Positions 1-9,946 of a DNA stretch of 64,000 bases are shown piece by piece. Every line of letters starts with the position of its first letter. The first letter of the stretch is position 1. The stretch is from Bacteroidaceae bacterium (GTDB taxonomy: Bacteria > Bacteroidota > Bacteroidia > Bacteroidales > Bacteroidaceae), in NCBI GenBank assembly GCA_017470525.1, contig JAFUYM010000026.1:33419-97418 (forward strand), given 5' to 3'. The position numbers and the translations under genes are program-made. The notes under the pieces were generated by a model. It saw only the letters and a program-made list of their open reading frames with translations. It did no database searches and was not told the DNA's origin.

Positions 1-837
1 AACGATACACCTGCCGATCTCATCTTCGACCGTTTTGAAGACCTGATTTACGAGGGGCATGCGTTAGGGCACGACATCCTCGGCACAGCGGAAAACGTGA
101 GACGGTTTCAGACAGAGGATGCGCTCAGATTCACCCAAAGGCAATACCGACCCGAAAAGATGGTGTTCTTTTTGTTTGGGAACGTGGCGTTTGAACAAGC
201 AAAGAGAGTGGTGGGAAAGATGATGGAGGGAATGGAGAAAGCGGAAAAGACGAGGACGGAAGAGAAGAGCAGAAAGATAGAAGCGAGAGGAGGACGTTTT
301 GTGGAAGAACGCGGCACCCATCAGGCACATGTGATGATTGGCAGGGCGGCATACGGTTCTGAAGATGACAAACGGATTGCCCTTTACTTCCTCAACAACA
401 TCTTGGGGGGTCCTGGCATGAATTCGCGGTTGAACATCGCCTTGCGGGAGCACGAAGGATTGGTTTATACAGTAGAAAGCACCCTGACGAACTATACAGA
501 CACTTCCACCTGGGCGATTTACTTCGGATGTGACGCAGAGGATGTGGAGCGATGCCTGAAGACGGTGCGACAGGAGTTGGATCAACTGGTGAACGAACCC
601 CTCACCGAACGGCAGTTCCATGCTGCCCTCAAACAAATCAAGGGGCAGATAGGTGTGGCTTGCGACAACTTTGAAAACTATGCCCTCGACATGGCAAAGG
701 CATACTTGCACTACAACAAGTTCGAGGGAATGAAAGATACGATTGAACACTTGCAGAAACTCACCCCGCAACTCTTGCAGGAGGTGGCGAAAGAGGTGTT
801 CGACGAAAAAGGTTTAACAACATTGATATTCAGATAA
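1..837 (+). CDS. M16 (pitrilysin/insulinase) family peptidase, C-terminal portion; 5' end lies outside the window
   Basis: Frame 1 is open from base 1 (NDTPADLIFDRFEDLIYEGHALGHDILGT...) and runs into the listed 97..837 ORF. It contains the M16 non-catalytic-domain style segment GGPGMNSRLNIALREHEGLVYTVES. The TAA stop at 835-837 overlaps the next ATG (TAATG). Confidence 0.7.
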   Translation, partial: NDTPADLIFDRFEDLIYEGHALGHDILGTAENVRRFQTEDALRFTQRQYRPEKMVFFLFGNVAFEQAKRVVGKMMEGMEKAEKTRTEEKSRKIEARGGRFVEERGTHQAHVMIGRAAYGSEDDKRIALYFLNNILGGPGMNSRLNIALREHEGLVYTVESTLTNYTDTSTWAIYFGCDAEDVERCLKTVRQELDQLVNEPLTERQFHAALKQIKGQIGVACDNFENYALDMAKAYLHYNKFEGMKDTIEHLQKLTPQLLQEVAKEVFDEKGLTTLIFR

Positions 838-1763
838 TGAGGAAAGTAATAGGAATCGGAGAAACCATTCTCGACATCATTTTCAAGAACGAACAACCCA
901 CAGCAGCAGTGCCGGGTGGTTCTACATTCAATGGTGTCATCTCTTTGGGACGGATAGGAGTGCCTGTGACGATGATTACAGAGACAGGCAACGACCGTGT
1001 GGGCAGAACGATCAAGCAGTTCATGGAAGACAACGGCATCGACAGCACACATGTGTGTATGTATGAAGATGGGCGTACTGCCATTTCGCTTGCTTATCTG
1101 AACGAGCGAAACGACGCTGAATACACGTTCTACAAGGACTACCCCAATGCCCGACTGGATGTGGAATGGCCTGTGGTCAATAAGGATGACATCGTGATGA
1201 TGGGGTCTTATTTTGTGCTGAATCCCGTCTTGCGAGGCAAGGTGAAAGAGTTTCTTGATTATGCCACGAAGCAGGAAGCACTCATCTATTATGATATCAA
1301 TTTCCGTTCCTCTCATGCTTCGGAAGCCATTAAACTGTATTCCACCATTCTGGAGAATTTCGAGTATGCCAGCATCGTGCGTGGTTCGACAGAAGACTTC
1401 CAGAATATGTTCCGCCTGACAGACCCTGAAAAGGCGTATAAGCAGGAAGTGTTTTATCACTGCAAGCAGATGATTTGCACCGATGCGGAAGGGGAGATTT
1501 GTTTGTTTTCCCCAAGTGTCAACAAGAGATATAAAGTCAATAAAATAGAAACGGTTTCTACTATCGGAGCGGGCGACAACTTCAATGCTGGCATCATCTT
1601 CGGGTTGATGCAGGAAGGCATTGGTCGTGATAACATTGCTGCCCTCAGCGAAGAGCAGTGGAACCGCATCATCGCTCATGGCATGGCATTTGCCGCAGAA
1701 GTGTGCCAGAGCCTCAACAATTCAATCAGTAAAGAATTTGCAATAAATTATGGAAGAAAGTAA
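837..1763 (+). CDS. PfkB-family carbohydrate kinase (fructokinase/ribokinase-like)
   Basis: 308-aa ORF with N-terminal GIGETILDI...AVPGGSTFN and C-terminal STIGAGDNFNAGIIFGL, which is PfkB signature-like. Confidence 0.75.
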   Translation: MRKVIGIGETILDIIFKNEQPTAAVPGGSTFNGVISLGRIGVPVTMITETGNDRVGRTIKQFMEDNGIDSTHVCMYEDGRTAISLAYLNERNDAEYTFYKDYPNARLDVEWPVVNKDDIVMMGSYFVLNPVLRGKVKEFLDYATKQEALIYYDINFRSSHASEAIKLYSTILENFEYASIVRGSTEDFQNMFRLTDPEKAYKQEVFYHCKQMICTDAEGEICLFSPSVNKRYKVNKIETVSTIGAGDNFNAGIIFGLMQEGIGRDNIAALSEEQWNRIIAHGMAFAAEVCQSLNNSISKEFAINYGRK

Positions 1764-3885
1764 CAACATGCAAGAAACTATGGACAACGACATGTCTATC
1801 ATCAACGAACAACCGATGGCTGAGAAAGAACAGCCTATCGTGGACAACGAACAATCAACGGACGAAAATGCCGAACAACCTGTGGTGGATGCTTTCAAGG
1901 CAACAGACACCACCTTCGAGGCATTGGGTGTTTCGGGCGAGATTCTGAAAGCCATCCAAGAGATGGGGTATGTGACTCCTATGCCCGTGCAGGAAAAGGT
2001 GATTCCTTATCTGTTGGGACACAACAACGATGTGGTCGCCCTCGCTCAAACCGGCACTGGCAAGACAGCAGCATACGGGTTGCCCGTATTGCAGAAAATC
2101 GACACCAGCCGCAACGATGTACAAGCCATCATCATGGCACCGACCCGAGAACTGTGCCTCCAAATCACGGATGACCTGAAGGATTATTCCAAATACATCA
2201 AGGGACTGCATGTGCTCGCGGTGTATGGAGGTGCCAGCATCGAGCCTCAGATTCGCGCCCTGAAGAAAGGTGTGCAGGTGATTGTTGCCACACCTGGTCG
2301 TTTGGTCGATCTCATGGAGCGGAAAGTGGCAAAACTTGGTACCGTGGAAAATGTGGTGCTGGATGAGGCGGACGAAATGCTCAACATGGGTTTCTCGGAG
2401 AGCATCGACACCATTCTGGCAGGAGTGCCAGCAGAACGCAACACACTGCTCTTCTCTGCCACCATGAGCAAGGAAATTGAACGCATCTCGAAGAATTACC
2501 TGCACGATGCCAAGGAAATCGTGGTGGGCAGCCGTAACGAGGGTGCTGAACATGTGAACCACATCTATTATATGGTGAGCGCGCGCGACAAGTACAATGC
2601 ACTGAAGCGCGTGGCTGACTACTATCCCGAAATCTACGCCATCATTTTCTGCCGCACCCGCATGGAGACGCAAGAGATAGCCGACAAACTTATCCGCGAC
2701 GGCTACAATGCCGAATCGCTTCATGGCGAACTTTCGCAGGCACAACGCGACCTGACTATGCAGAAGTTCCGCCAGCACCGTGTGCAGTTGTTGGTGGCTA
2801 CCGATGTGGCTGCCCGAGGTTTGGATGTGGATGAACTCACCCACGTCATCAATTATGGTTTGCCCGATGACATCGAGAGTTATACTCACCGTTCGGGCAG
2901 AACGGGACGTGCAGGACGTTCGGGCACTTCCATCTCCATCATCCATGTGAAGGAGAAGCGGAAGGTGCGCGATATCGAAAATCAGATTAAGAAGAAGTTT
3001 GTGCCAGGCATCCTGCCAACAGGTCAGGAAATCTGTGCCAAGCAACTCTATAAAGTCATCGACGACATTGAAAAGGTCGAGGTGGATGAAGAGGAGATTG
3101 CACCATTCCTCCCAGAGGTGTATCGCAAGTTCGACATGATGGAGAAGGAAGACCTTATCAAGCGTATGGTGTCGATGGAATTTAATACGTTCCTCAATTA
3201 CTATAAGAACGCACCTGAAATCATCCAGCCATCGGAGAAGGGTGACAGAGGACGGGACAGAGACAATGCAGGAGGTGAGAAGCGCAACAGGGGCGAACGT
3301 CGCAGTCGTGGCGGAGAACGTAGCCGCACGGCTGAGGCTGGCTACACGCGTCTATTCATCAACCTCGGCAAGAAAGACGGCATCAACCCCAAAGTGTTCA
3401 TGGGATTCATCAATCGCGTGGCACAGGGACAGCACATCGACCTTGGTCGCATCGACCTCATGCAGAACTTCTCATTCTTTGAGGTGCCAGAGCAGCAAAC
3501 GGGCACTGTCCTGCATGTGTTGAATGGCACAGACTTTGACGGCAGAAAAGTGAATGTGGAAGTAACTGACCAAGCAGAAGGACAGCGTGGAGGTGACAAA
3601 AAGCGTGGTGGCAAAGAAGGGGGTAGTTTCCGCTCTGTGAGAGGCGAACGCACCAACCGTAAGGAAGACCGCCGTGACCGCAGAGAAAATCGCTCATACG
3701 GCGAGAAAAAGGGCAAAAAAGGCAGCGGAATCGTTCGTGGTGCTGCTGCCAAACCATCGCGGGAAGAACGTGGACAAAAAGAAGCACACACTCCGAAAGG
3801 TGCTGCTGAATGGGCAAAGTTCTTCGAAGGGCAGGTGGAAGGGCAACCTTTCTACGATGTATTTAAGAAAAAGAAGAAGAAATAG
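1750..3885 (+). CDS. DEAD-box ATP-dependent RNA helicase (DeaD/CsdA-like) with DbpA-type RNA-binding segment and basic tail
   Basis: Helicase motifs AQTGTGKT, PTRELCLQ, DEADEML, SAT, VATDVAARGLD and HRSGRTGRAG are present. A DbpA-like segment (YTRLFINLGKKDGINPKVF) is followed by an Arg/Gly/Lys/Glu-rich tail ending KKKKKK. The start could instead be the Met at 1768. Confidence 0.9.
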   Translation: MEESNNMQETMDNDMSIINEQPMAEKEQPIVDNEQSTDENAEQPVVDAFKATDTTFEALGVSGEILKAIQEMGYVTPMPVQEKVIPYLLGHNNDVVALAQTGTGKTAAYGLPVLQKIDTSRNDVQAIIMAPTRELCLQITDDLKDYSKYIKGLHVLAVYGGASIEPQIRALKKGVQVIVATPGRLVDLMERKVAKLGTVENVVLDEADEMLNMGFSESIDTILAGVPAERNTLLFSATMSKEIERISKNYLHDAKEIVVGSRNEGAEHVNHIYYMVSARDKYNALKRVADYYPEIYAIIFCRTRMETQEIADKLIRDGYNAESLHGELSQAQRDLTMQKFRQHRVQLLVATDVAARGLDVDELTHVINYGLPDDIESYTHRSGRTGRAGRSGTSISIIHVKEKRKVRDIENQIKKKFVPGILPTGQEICAKQLYKVIDDIEKVEVDEEEIAPFLPEVYRKFDMMEKEDLIKRMVSMEFNTFLNYYKNAPEIIQPSEKGDRGRDRDNAGGEKRNRGERRSRGGERSRTAEAGYTRLFINLGKKDGINPKVFMGFINRVAQGQHIDLGRIDLMQNFSFFEVPEQQTGTVLHVLNGTDFDGRKVNVEVTDQAEGQRGGDKKRGGKEGGSFRSVRGERTNRKEDRRDRRENRSYGEKKGKKGSGIVRGAAAKPSREERGQKEAHTPKGAAEWAKFFEGQVEGQPFYDVFKKKKKK

Positions 3886-3894
3886 TGTCTTTTT

Positions 3895-5754
3895 ATGAAT
3901 CAACTCTATTGGAATCATGCCTACCAAGGCATCAACAGCGACTTCAGCACTCGCGAGACACAGCCAGTGATTGGCATCACAGGCAACTACAATCAGGAAA
4001 CCTGCACGTTGGCTGAGGGTTACTATCAATCGGTGGTGAAGGCAGGAGGCATCCCCTTCATCATTCCTCCTTTCTTCGAGACCGACCGTCTCGGGGCGTT
4101 GCTCGACCGTCTTGATGGCATCCTTTTTAGTGGTGGAGGTGATATCAATCCGCTGTTGTTGGGAGAGGAGCCTGTAAAAGAGTTGCATGGCATCACTCCC
4201 GAGCGCGACAGGCAAGAGTTGCTGTTGGCACGTTTGGCGTATGACCGTCAGATTCCGATGTTGGGCATTTGTAAAGGCATTCAAGTCATCAACGCTGCTC
4301 TTGGAGGGACAAACTATCAGGATATTCACACGCAGATGGAGGGAGTGAAGATGAAACATTCGCAGGATGAGGATAGGAGATTTCCATCACATACGGTGAG
4401 CATCACGAAGGGGTCGATGTTGGCTTCATTGTTTGGGGGTGTTGGTTTTGCTGCAACGGCGTTGCAGCAAAGAGAACACAAAGAGATGCTGTTAGCGGTC
4501 AATTCTTTCCATCATCAGGCATGCAGGGAGGTGGCTCCGGGGTTGAAAGTATCGGCGATGAGTCCAGATGGGGTGATTGAAGCGGTGGAAAGCAGTGAGT
4601 TCAAATCCATTTTAGGTGTACAATGGCATCCTGAGACTTACATCTTGAGGGGTAGCAGGGAAATGATGCCAATTTTTGAATGGCTCATTCAGGAAAGTGC
4701 TGAGTTCAAACGTGCCAAGAAACTGCACGACAAGATGCTTACGCTGGACAGCCATTGCGACACACCGATGTTCTTCCACCAAGGCATCAATTTTGCTTCG
4801 CGTGACCCCAAAATCCTCGTGGATTTACATAAAATGACGGAAGGACACCTCGATGCAACGATTATGGTTGCCTATCTGGAACAGCAGGAACGCGACAAGG
4901 CATCCTTGGAAAACGCAACGGCAAAAGCCAATCAGATTCTCACCCAAATCGAAGAGATGGCTGCCAAGAACTGCACCGCTGTCGATATCGCTTACACCCC
5001 CGACGACCTGTGGCGACTGAAGCGGGAGGGCAAACGCGCTATCATGTTAGGCATTGAGAACGGTTATGCGATTGGTAAGGACATCAGCAACGTGGAGGCT
5101 TTCCGCAAACGTGGCGTGGTGTATATGACGTTGTGTCACAACGGTGACAACGACCTCTGCGACTCTGCACGAGGCAAGCATGAACATGGCGGTGTGAGCG
5201 ATTTCGGTGCGAAAGTGATTCAGGAGATGAACCGCGTGGGCATGATGGTCGATTTGAGCCATGCCGGTGAGGAGAGTTTCTATGATGCTTTACAAATCAG
5301 CAAGACTCCCATCGTGTGCAGCCATTCGTCTGCCCGTGCCTTGTGCGACCATCCACGCAATCTGACTGATGCTCAGATGCGCGCATTGGCTAAGGTTGGT
5401 GGTGTGGCACAGGTGACGCTTTATCATGGTTTTCTGGTGAAAGATTCGGTCGATTACAATCCACAAAATCAACTTCGCGCCTTTGCTTCGGAGACAGAAG
5501 GAGTGCGAGAAGCCACCATTCTTGATGCCATTGAGCACCTGAATCACATGGTGAACGTGATGGGCATTGAGCACGTGGGCATCGGCACCGACTTCGATGG
5601 TGACGGTGGCATTCGTGGCTGTGCATCAGCCAGCGAACTCATCAACTTCACCCGTCGTTTGCTGAAGGAACGCTACACAGAAGAACAAATTCAGATGATT
5701 TGGGGCGGTAATTTTCTCCGCGTGATGAGAGAGGTGCAAGCCTATAAGGGATAA
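3895..5754 (+). CDS. Fusion protein: peptidase C26 / class-I glutamine amidotransferase-like domain + M19 membrane (renal-type) dipeptidase domain
   Basis: The N-terminal ~250 aa carry GILFSGGGDINP, MLGICKGIQVIN (nucleophile Cys) and GVQWHPE. The C-terminal ~340 aa carry LDSHCDTP, YMTLCHNGDN, MMVDLSHAG, PIVCSHSSARALCDHPRNL and HVGIGTDFDG. Confidence 0.8.
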   Translation: MNQLYWNHAYQGINSDFSTRETQPVIGITGNYNQETCTLAEGYYQSVVKAGGIPFIIPPFFETDRLGALLDRLDGILFSGGGDINPLLLGEEPVKELHGITPERDRQELLLARLAYDRQIPMLGICKGIQVINAALGGTNYQDIHTQMEGVKMKHSQDEDRRFPSHTVSITKGSMLASLFGGVGFAATALQQREHKEMLLAVNSFHHQACREVAPGLKVSAMSPDGVIEAVESSEFKSILGVQWHPETYILRGSREMMPIFEWLIQESAEFKRAKKLHDKMLTLDSHCDTPMFFHQGINFASRDPKILVDLHKMTEGHLDATIMVAYLEQQERDKASLENATAKANQILTQIEEMAAKNCTAVDIAYTPDDLWRLKREGKRAIMLGIENGYAIGKDISNVEAFRKRGVVYMTLCHNGDNDLCDSARGKHEHGGVSDFGAKVIQEMNRVGMMVDLSHAGEESFYDALQISKTPIVCSHSSARALCDHPRNLTDAQMRALAKVGGVAQVTLYHGFLVKDSVDYNPQNQLRAFASETEGVREATILDAIEHLNHMVNVMGIEHVGIGTDFDGDGGIRGCASASELINFTRRLLKERYTEEQIQMIWGGNFLRVMREVQAYKG

Positions 5755-5818
5755 GCCCACAAAATTATCCTATTTTTTCTTCTTTTTCTTAAATACATCA
5801 TATTCTTATAACAGGTAC

Positions 5819-6247
5819 ATGAAAACATGGATTGAAATAGATGGCAAGATGACGGATTTGGAAAGTCTGTTGTCGGTAGGTAGGCGAATTGTCACATTGG
5901 GCAGATATTCGGAGGAGGCTTACAATGTAGTGGCGATGGAGGATGAAAGGATGGATGTGTTTCAGTGCCAATTTGTAAGGAACGGAGAAGGGTGGAAGGT
6001 GCAGAACGGACAATGGAGGACAGATTGCCCCAAGGGGATTCGTTCAAGGCTACAACACGCTTGCAGCATGTGCATGGGCAGATGTGTGAATGTGCGCCCT
6101 GCCCGTCCCACATACGACTGGAGAATGCCAGAAAAGGCAACGTTGGTGAATGGTGTAGAAATTCTGTCGGAAGAAGGGGTTGATTTGAAAGATGGAGACA
6201 TGATCGAAGCAGGCAGTACAAGGCTGAAAGTTGCTGTTACGGAATAG
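5819..6247 (+). CDS. Small FHA-like domain protein with Cys-rich insertion (hypothetical)
   Basis: 142 aa. FHA-like elements are VTLGR...(acidic)...W.V.NG...ATLVNGVEI...LKDGDMIEAGSTRLKV, interrupted by CPKGIRSRLQHACSMCMGRC. The assignment is by pattern only. Confidence 0.4.
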   Translation: MKTWIEIDGKMTDLESLLSVGRRIVTLGRYSEEAYNVVAMEDERMDVFQCQFVRNGEGWKVQNGQWRTDCPKGIRSRLQHACSMCMGRCVNVRPARPTYDWRMPEKATLVNGVEILSEEGVDLKDGDMIEAGSTRLKVAVTE

Positions 6248-6314
6248 GGGAGGAGCATCGGGAAAGAAGGACAAAAGGGCAAACATCGATAAGAAAAACA
6301 AAAAGAGAATAAAC

Positions 6315-6349
6315 AAAAAAGCCGCAAGTGGATGCACCTGCGGCTTTTT
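6315..6349. terminator. Bidirectional intrinsic terminator between convergent genes
   Basis: The hairpin GCCGCAAGTGGATGCACCTGCGGC (6321-6344) is flanked by an A-run upstream and TTTTT downstream. It lies between the 3' ends of 5819..6247 (+) and 6372..7319 (-). Confidence 0.6.
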
Positions 6350-6371
6350 CTTTGTCTGTACGGGAAGGGGA

Positions 6372-7319
6372 TTATTTCTCGCTCAGATAGAAAGAGAGTT
6401 CCACTTCATAGTCCTTTCCACTATCTGTAATTGTTGCACCGAGTGTGAGGGTGTAATAATTCGTCTTTTTATACTGACGTACATCAAAGACTGCTTCACC
6501 GTTCTCAAATCTGTTACCCATGTCATCACTGTCCCAGTCGTAGTGGATGTAGCCCTTGCTGGCATCTTCCCATGACCACTTACCGATGTAGTGCTCACCA
6601 TTCTCGAAGAAGATGCAGAAAGTCCCTGCTTGTGTGAACTCAACACTGGTGATGACCATGTCCTCATTGAAGTGTTCGTTGATGGTGGCTACGCTCTTGG
6701 CATAGTCGAGGATATCGTTGAGGCTGGCTGGGTTTTCAGCAGGTCTTTCAAACTGCTTGATGCCAGTAACGCTACCTTTATGGCGAAGGCGTGTAGTGGC
6801 AACTGTCCATTCGCGGCAAAGAGCAGTCGTTACATCGTCAGAAGCGATTTTTTCGACAACATCAGCCTCAAATTCAGTGGCATCGATTTCGGCACCATTC
6901 TTCATGTTGATGGTTACGTTAGCCTTGTTGGTGTTTGGCACGATGGTAACCACCAGTTCGCAATATGGATTGCCCTGGTCGTCCAAAATAATGTAGAGGG
7001 TACCCTGAATGGTGTAAGTGCCGATGATGTAATGTGTGTTGCCATTCTTGCCAGAAGCACGACGTTGGTGAGCATTATAAAGTAGGTTCGGAACCTCAAT
7101 GATGGCTTTTCCTGTCTCTGTGAGTTGAAGACTTGTGAGAGGTGCGCTTTCAGAGAATGAGAGGTTGAGTGCTTTGTGAGGCAAATTAGCCCTCAGTTCG
7201 GGTGCATTTCCTGAAGTGGCAGAAGAGGTCAAATCGCCTACATCTTCTCCGTCACTACTACATGCTGCAAATGTCAGCACCAAGGCTAACATGGAAAGAT
7301 AAAAAAGATTTTTTTTCAT
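6372..7319 (-). CDS. Hypothetical lipoprotein
   Basis: 315-aa ORF with a lipoprotein signal peptide (MKKNLFYLSMLALVLTFAAC|SSDGED). No family was recognised. Confidence 0.6.
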   Translation of the reverse strand: MKKNLFYLSMLALVLTFAACSSDGEDVGDLTSSATSGNAPELRANLPHKALNLSFSESAPLTSLQLTETGKAIIEVPNLLYNAHQRRASGKNGNTHYIIGTYTIQGTLYIILDDQGNPYCELVVTIVPNTNKANVTINMKNGAEIDATEFEADVVEKIASDDVTTALCREWTVATTRLRHKGSVTGIKQFERPAENPASLNDILDYAKSVATINEHFNEDMVITSVEFTQAGTFCIFFENGEHYIGKWSWEDASKGYIHYDWDSDDMGNRFENGEAVFDVRQYKKTNYYTLTLGATITDSGKDYEVELSFYLSEK

Positions 7320-7366
7320 GATGTTTGTTTTTTGATTAAATGAATGAATAATGATTTTGCGATTGA

Positions 7367-8098
7367 TTAGAAAATGTTGTAATAGATGCGGAAGTTCAAG
7401 ACTGGATAGACAGAAATGCTTTCAATCGTCTTGACTGCATCGTGGAAGTCCTCATCGTCAATATCTTCCTTGTGCATTTTCACCCAACCTTCTTCATCGG
7501 GTGAATAAACCTTGAGGGCTGGCTTTCCCCAGAACATCACGCCAAGGTCGAAGGCGGTGCCAATTTTATGCTTGGAAGAGATGGGGCGACCAAAACCAAT
7601 TCCTACGTAAGGCTTGAAACTCTGGGTTTGAAGTTTGAATTTAATCAAACCATCGGCATCAGGGTGAATGAACACACTACCGATTTCAAGTCCTTCTCCC
7701 GCACTGATTCCAAGGTCGCCATCACTGCGGATGGTACAAAGGTCTGGAAGACCTGCATAGAAACCTCCTGTCAGGTGGAAAGAACTTTGCTTGAAGGGAT
7801 AGACATCGAGCAAGAGTTTGTAGTCCGACATGTGAACACGACCTAAGATGTCCACATTGTGTTCTTTACCCTTTACGGTGTAGTTCACGTCTGTCTTGAT
7901 GCTGAAGCGGGGCAGGGTAGTGAAGCCTGTTCTTACTGTGAGGTAATGAGTCACTGGCGAGGCTATTTCAAAACCCCATCCTGTGGTTCCTACTTCTGCA
8001 CCGATGGCTACGTGGTCAAAGATTTTTTCTTGTGCAGATAGAGTGTTTGTTGTCAGCATTGCCGCAACAAGTCCCAACAGATAAAATACTTTTTTCAT
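7367..8098 (-). CDS. Outer-membrane beta-barrel protein (hypothetical porin-like)
   Basis: 243 aa. The signal peptide ends LSA|QEK. The mature part shows alternating hydrophobic beta-strand patterning, aromatic girdle residues and a C-terminal ...YYNIF ending in Phe. Confidence 0.55.
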   Translation of the reverse strand: MKKVFYLLGLVAAMLTTNTLSAQEKIFDHVAIGAEVGTTGWGFEIASPVTHYLTVRTGFTTLPRFSIKTDVNYTVKGKEHNVDILGRVHMSDYKLLLDVYPFKQSSFHLTGGFYAGLPDLCTIRSDGDLGISAGEGLEIGSVFIHPDADGLIKFKLQTQSFKPYVGIGFGRPISSKHKIGTAFDLGVMFWGKPALKVYSPDEEGWVKMHKEDIDDEDFHDAVKTIESISVYPVLNFRIYYNIF

Positions 8099-8348
8099 CA
8101 GTTCTTTACTTTTTTTAAGGTTAATATAATTGTTAATAATTTGTCACTTTGGGTTATCAATTCTGTCATTAAAAGGCTTAATATACTTAAGAACTATTTG
8201 CAAAGATATGTAAAAATCATAGTGATTACCAAGAAAAAGGGTGTTTTTTTCGCTTTTTATGGTGAAAAAAGGATAAGTCGGGTAAAAAAATACAAAAAAG
8301 AGGGGGATGATGGGAATTTATGAGAAAAATGAAAATGACGGAAATAGG

Positions 8349-9017
8349 TCAGATAAGATGAAGAAGTTCTGAGGGATGATGGATGAGGGTTTTGGCACCT
8401 GATTGGAGGAGGAAGTCTTGGTCGCGAAATCCCCAAGTGACGGAAATGCAGGGAAGTTGCGAATTTTGGGCTGTTTGGATATCTACTTCGCTGTCGCCGA
8501 TGTAGATGCTGTTGGATGAAAGGATTTGGGTGGCATGGAGGAGGGAAAGTTGACGAATGGATTCGTGTACCATGTCAGGGGCTGGTTTGCGCTGAATGGT
8601 TGGGGTTTCGCCAATGGCTATGTCTATGCAGTCAGCAAAGAAGTGTTGGTGGAGAATCTTGACGGCAGGGTCGAGTTTATTGCTCACGATGGCGGTGAAG
8701 AGTCCTCTTTGTTTACAAGCATGGAGCATGGGCAGGATGCCTTCGAAAGGGGCTGTCTTGTCCATGGAGTGTTCCACATAGTAGGTGCGGAAAGTGTCCA
8801 ACACATGGGCTTTCAAGATTTCGTCTGCTTGGGGACAGACGTGGTTCACACTTTGATAGATGAGTTTCTTGATACCATTGCCAAGAAAGCGTCTTGTGTC
8901 GTTTTTTTCCACAAGGGGAAGTCCTGCCTGTTGAAGAGCAAAGCAAACACTGGCATGTAGGTCGTCTAAAGTGTTCAGCAGTGTGCCGTCAAGGTCGAAG
9001 ATAAGGGTGTTTATCAT
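8349..9017 (-). CDS. HAD-superfamily hydrolase (phosphoglycolate phosphatase-like)
   Basis: HAD motif I is at the N-terminus (LIFDLDGTLLNT), followed by a motif II-like segment (AIVSNK) and a C-terminal GDSEVD motif. Confidence 0.75.
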   Translation of the reverse strand: MINTLIFDLDGTLLNTLDDLHASVCFALQQAGLPLVEKNDTRRFLGNGIKKLIYQSVNHVCPQADEILKAHVLDTFRTYYVEHSMDKTAPFEGILPMLHACKQRGLFTAIVSNKLDPAVKILHQHFFADCIDIAIGETPTIQRKPAPDMVHESIRQLSLLHATQILSSNSIYIGDSEVDIQTAQNSQLPCISVTWGFRDQDFLLQSGAKTLIHHPSELLHLI

Positions 9018-9922
9018 CTGATGTCCTCCAAAAATCTCAGTTCTGCTTCGAGCATTTCCAGTTTTGCCATTCGGTAGCCTGCTTTACGTGCCTCTTGGAT
9101 AGGTCGGGTGTAGAGGTAGTCGATTTCCATGGGGCGATGGAACTCATAGTCGAGTTTCATGCTGGGCGAATAGGGAGTCATGTGGAGCGTGTTGTCAATC
9201 ATCTTGTCAGCAAAAGTGTCGTCGATGTTCTTCACTCCACAGGCTTGGGCTGCTTGAATCACCTCCATCATCTGGTCTTTGACCAGTTGCATGGTGTGAG
9301 GATTTTGCAAGAGAAGGTCAGTCTGCGTGTTGAGTGCCACGGTCATCCCGTTGAAGGGCATGTTCCACACGGCTTTCTTCCATCGCGCTTCGAAATATTC
9401 CACTTCGTTGGCATCCACTCCTGCCTCGCGAAAATCACTGACCACGGCATCTATCACTGAAGGGTTCTTGCACGAGTAGTTGCCGATGTTGATGTAGCCA
9501 TAACATTGGTGGTTCACCCTGCCAGGTTCCGACTTGGCACAGCAAATAAAAGCCAATCCTGCTGCCAGTTCCACCTTTGGGAACATCTTCTGCACGTCTT
9601 CTTCAATGCCAATGCCATTCTGAATCAGCACCACGAGGGTGTCTTCCTTCAGGAGGGGTGGCAGGAGGTCTTGCAAGAGGTGGTTGTTCACCGATTTCAG
9701 TCCCACCAAGACCACATCACACTGTGGCATGTCTTGGGTGCTCCGATAGGCATTCACTGGATCAAGATGAAAACTGCCATCGCAGGAATCGACCTGCAAG
9801 CCGTGCTGCTTCACATGGTCATAGTCGCGATGGAAGAGGAAATGCACCTCTTTGCCGATTTGCGCTAACTTGCCACCATAGAAGCCTCCGATGGCTCCTG
9901 TGCCAATCACTCCGTATTTCAT
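9014..9922 (-). CDS. panE: 2-dehydropantoate 2-reductase (ketopantoate reductase, ApbA/PanE family)
   Basis: N-terminal Rossmann motif MKYGVIGTGAIGGFYGGKLA. The 302-aa length and C-terminal-domain pattern (KPSMKLDYE-like SMKLDYEFHRPMEIDY) fit the family. A 4-nt overlap with the downstream HAD gene suggests co-translation. Confidence 0.7.
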   Translation of the reverse strand: MKYGVIGTGAIGGFYGGKLAQIGKEVHFLFHRDYDHVKQHGLQVDSCDGSFHLDPVNAYRSTQDMPQCDVVLVGLKSVNNHLLQDLLPPLLKEDTLVVLIQNGIGIEEDVQKMFPKVELAAGLAFICCAKSEPGRVNHQCYGYINIGNYSCKNPSVIDAVVSDFREAGVDANEVEYFEARWKKAVWNMPFNGMTVALNTQTDLLLQNPHTMQLVKDQMMEVIQAAQACGVKNIDDTFADKMIDNTLHMTPYSPSMKLDYEFHRPMEIDYLYTRPIQEARKAGYRMAKLEMLEAELRFLEDIR

Positions 9923-9946
9923 GTTGTTTCTCTATTTATCATTTTC

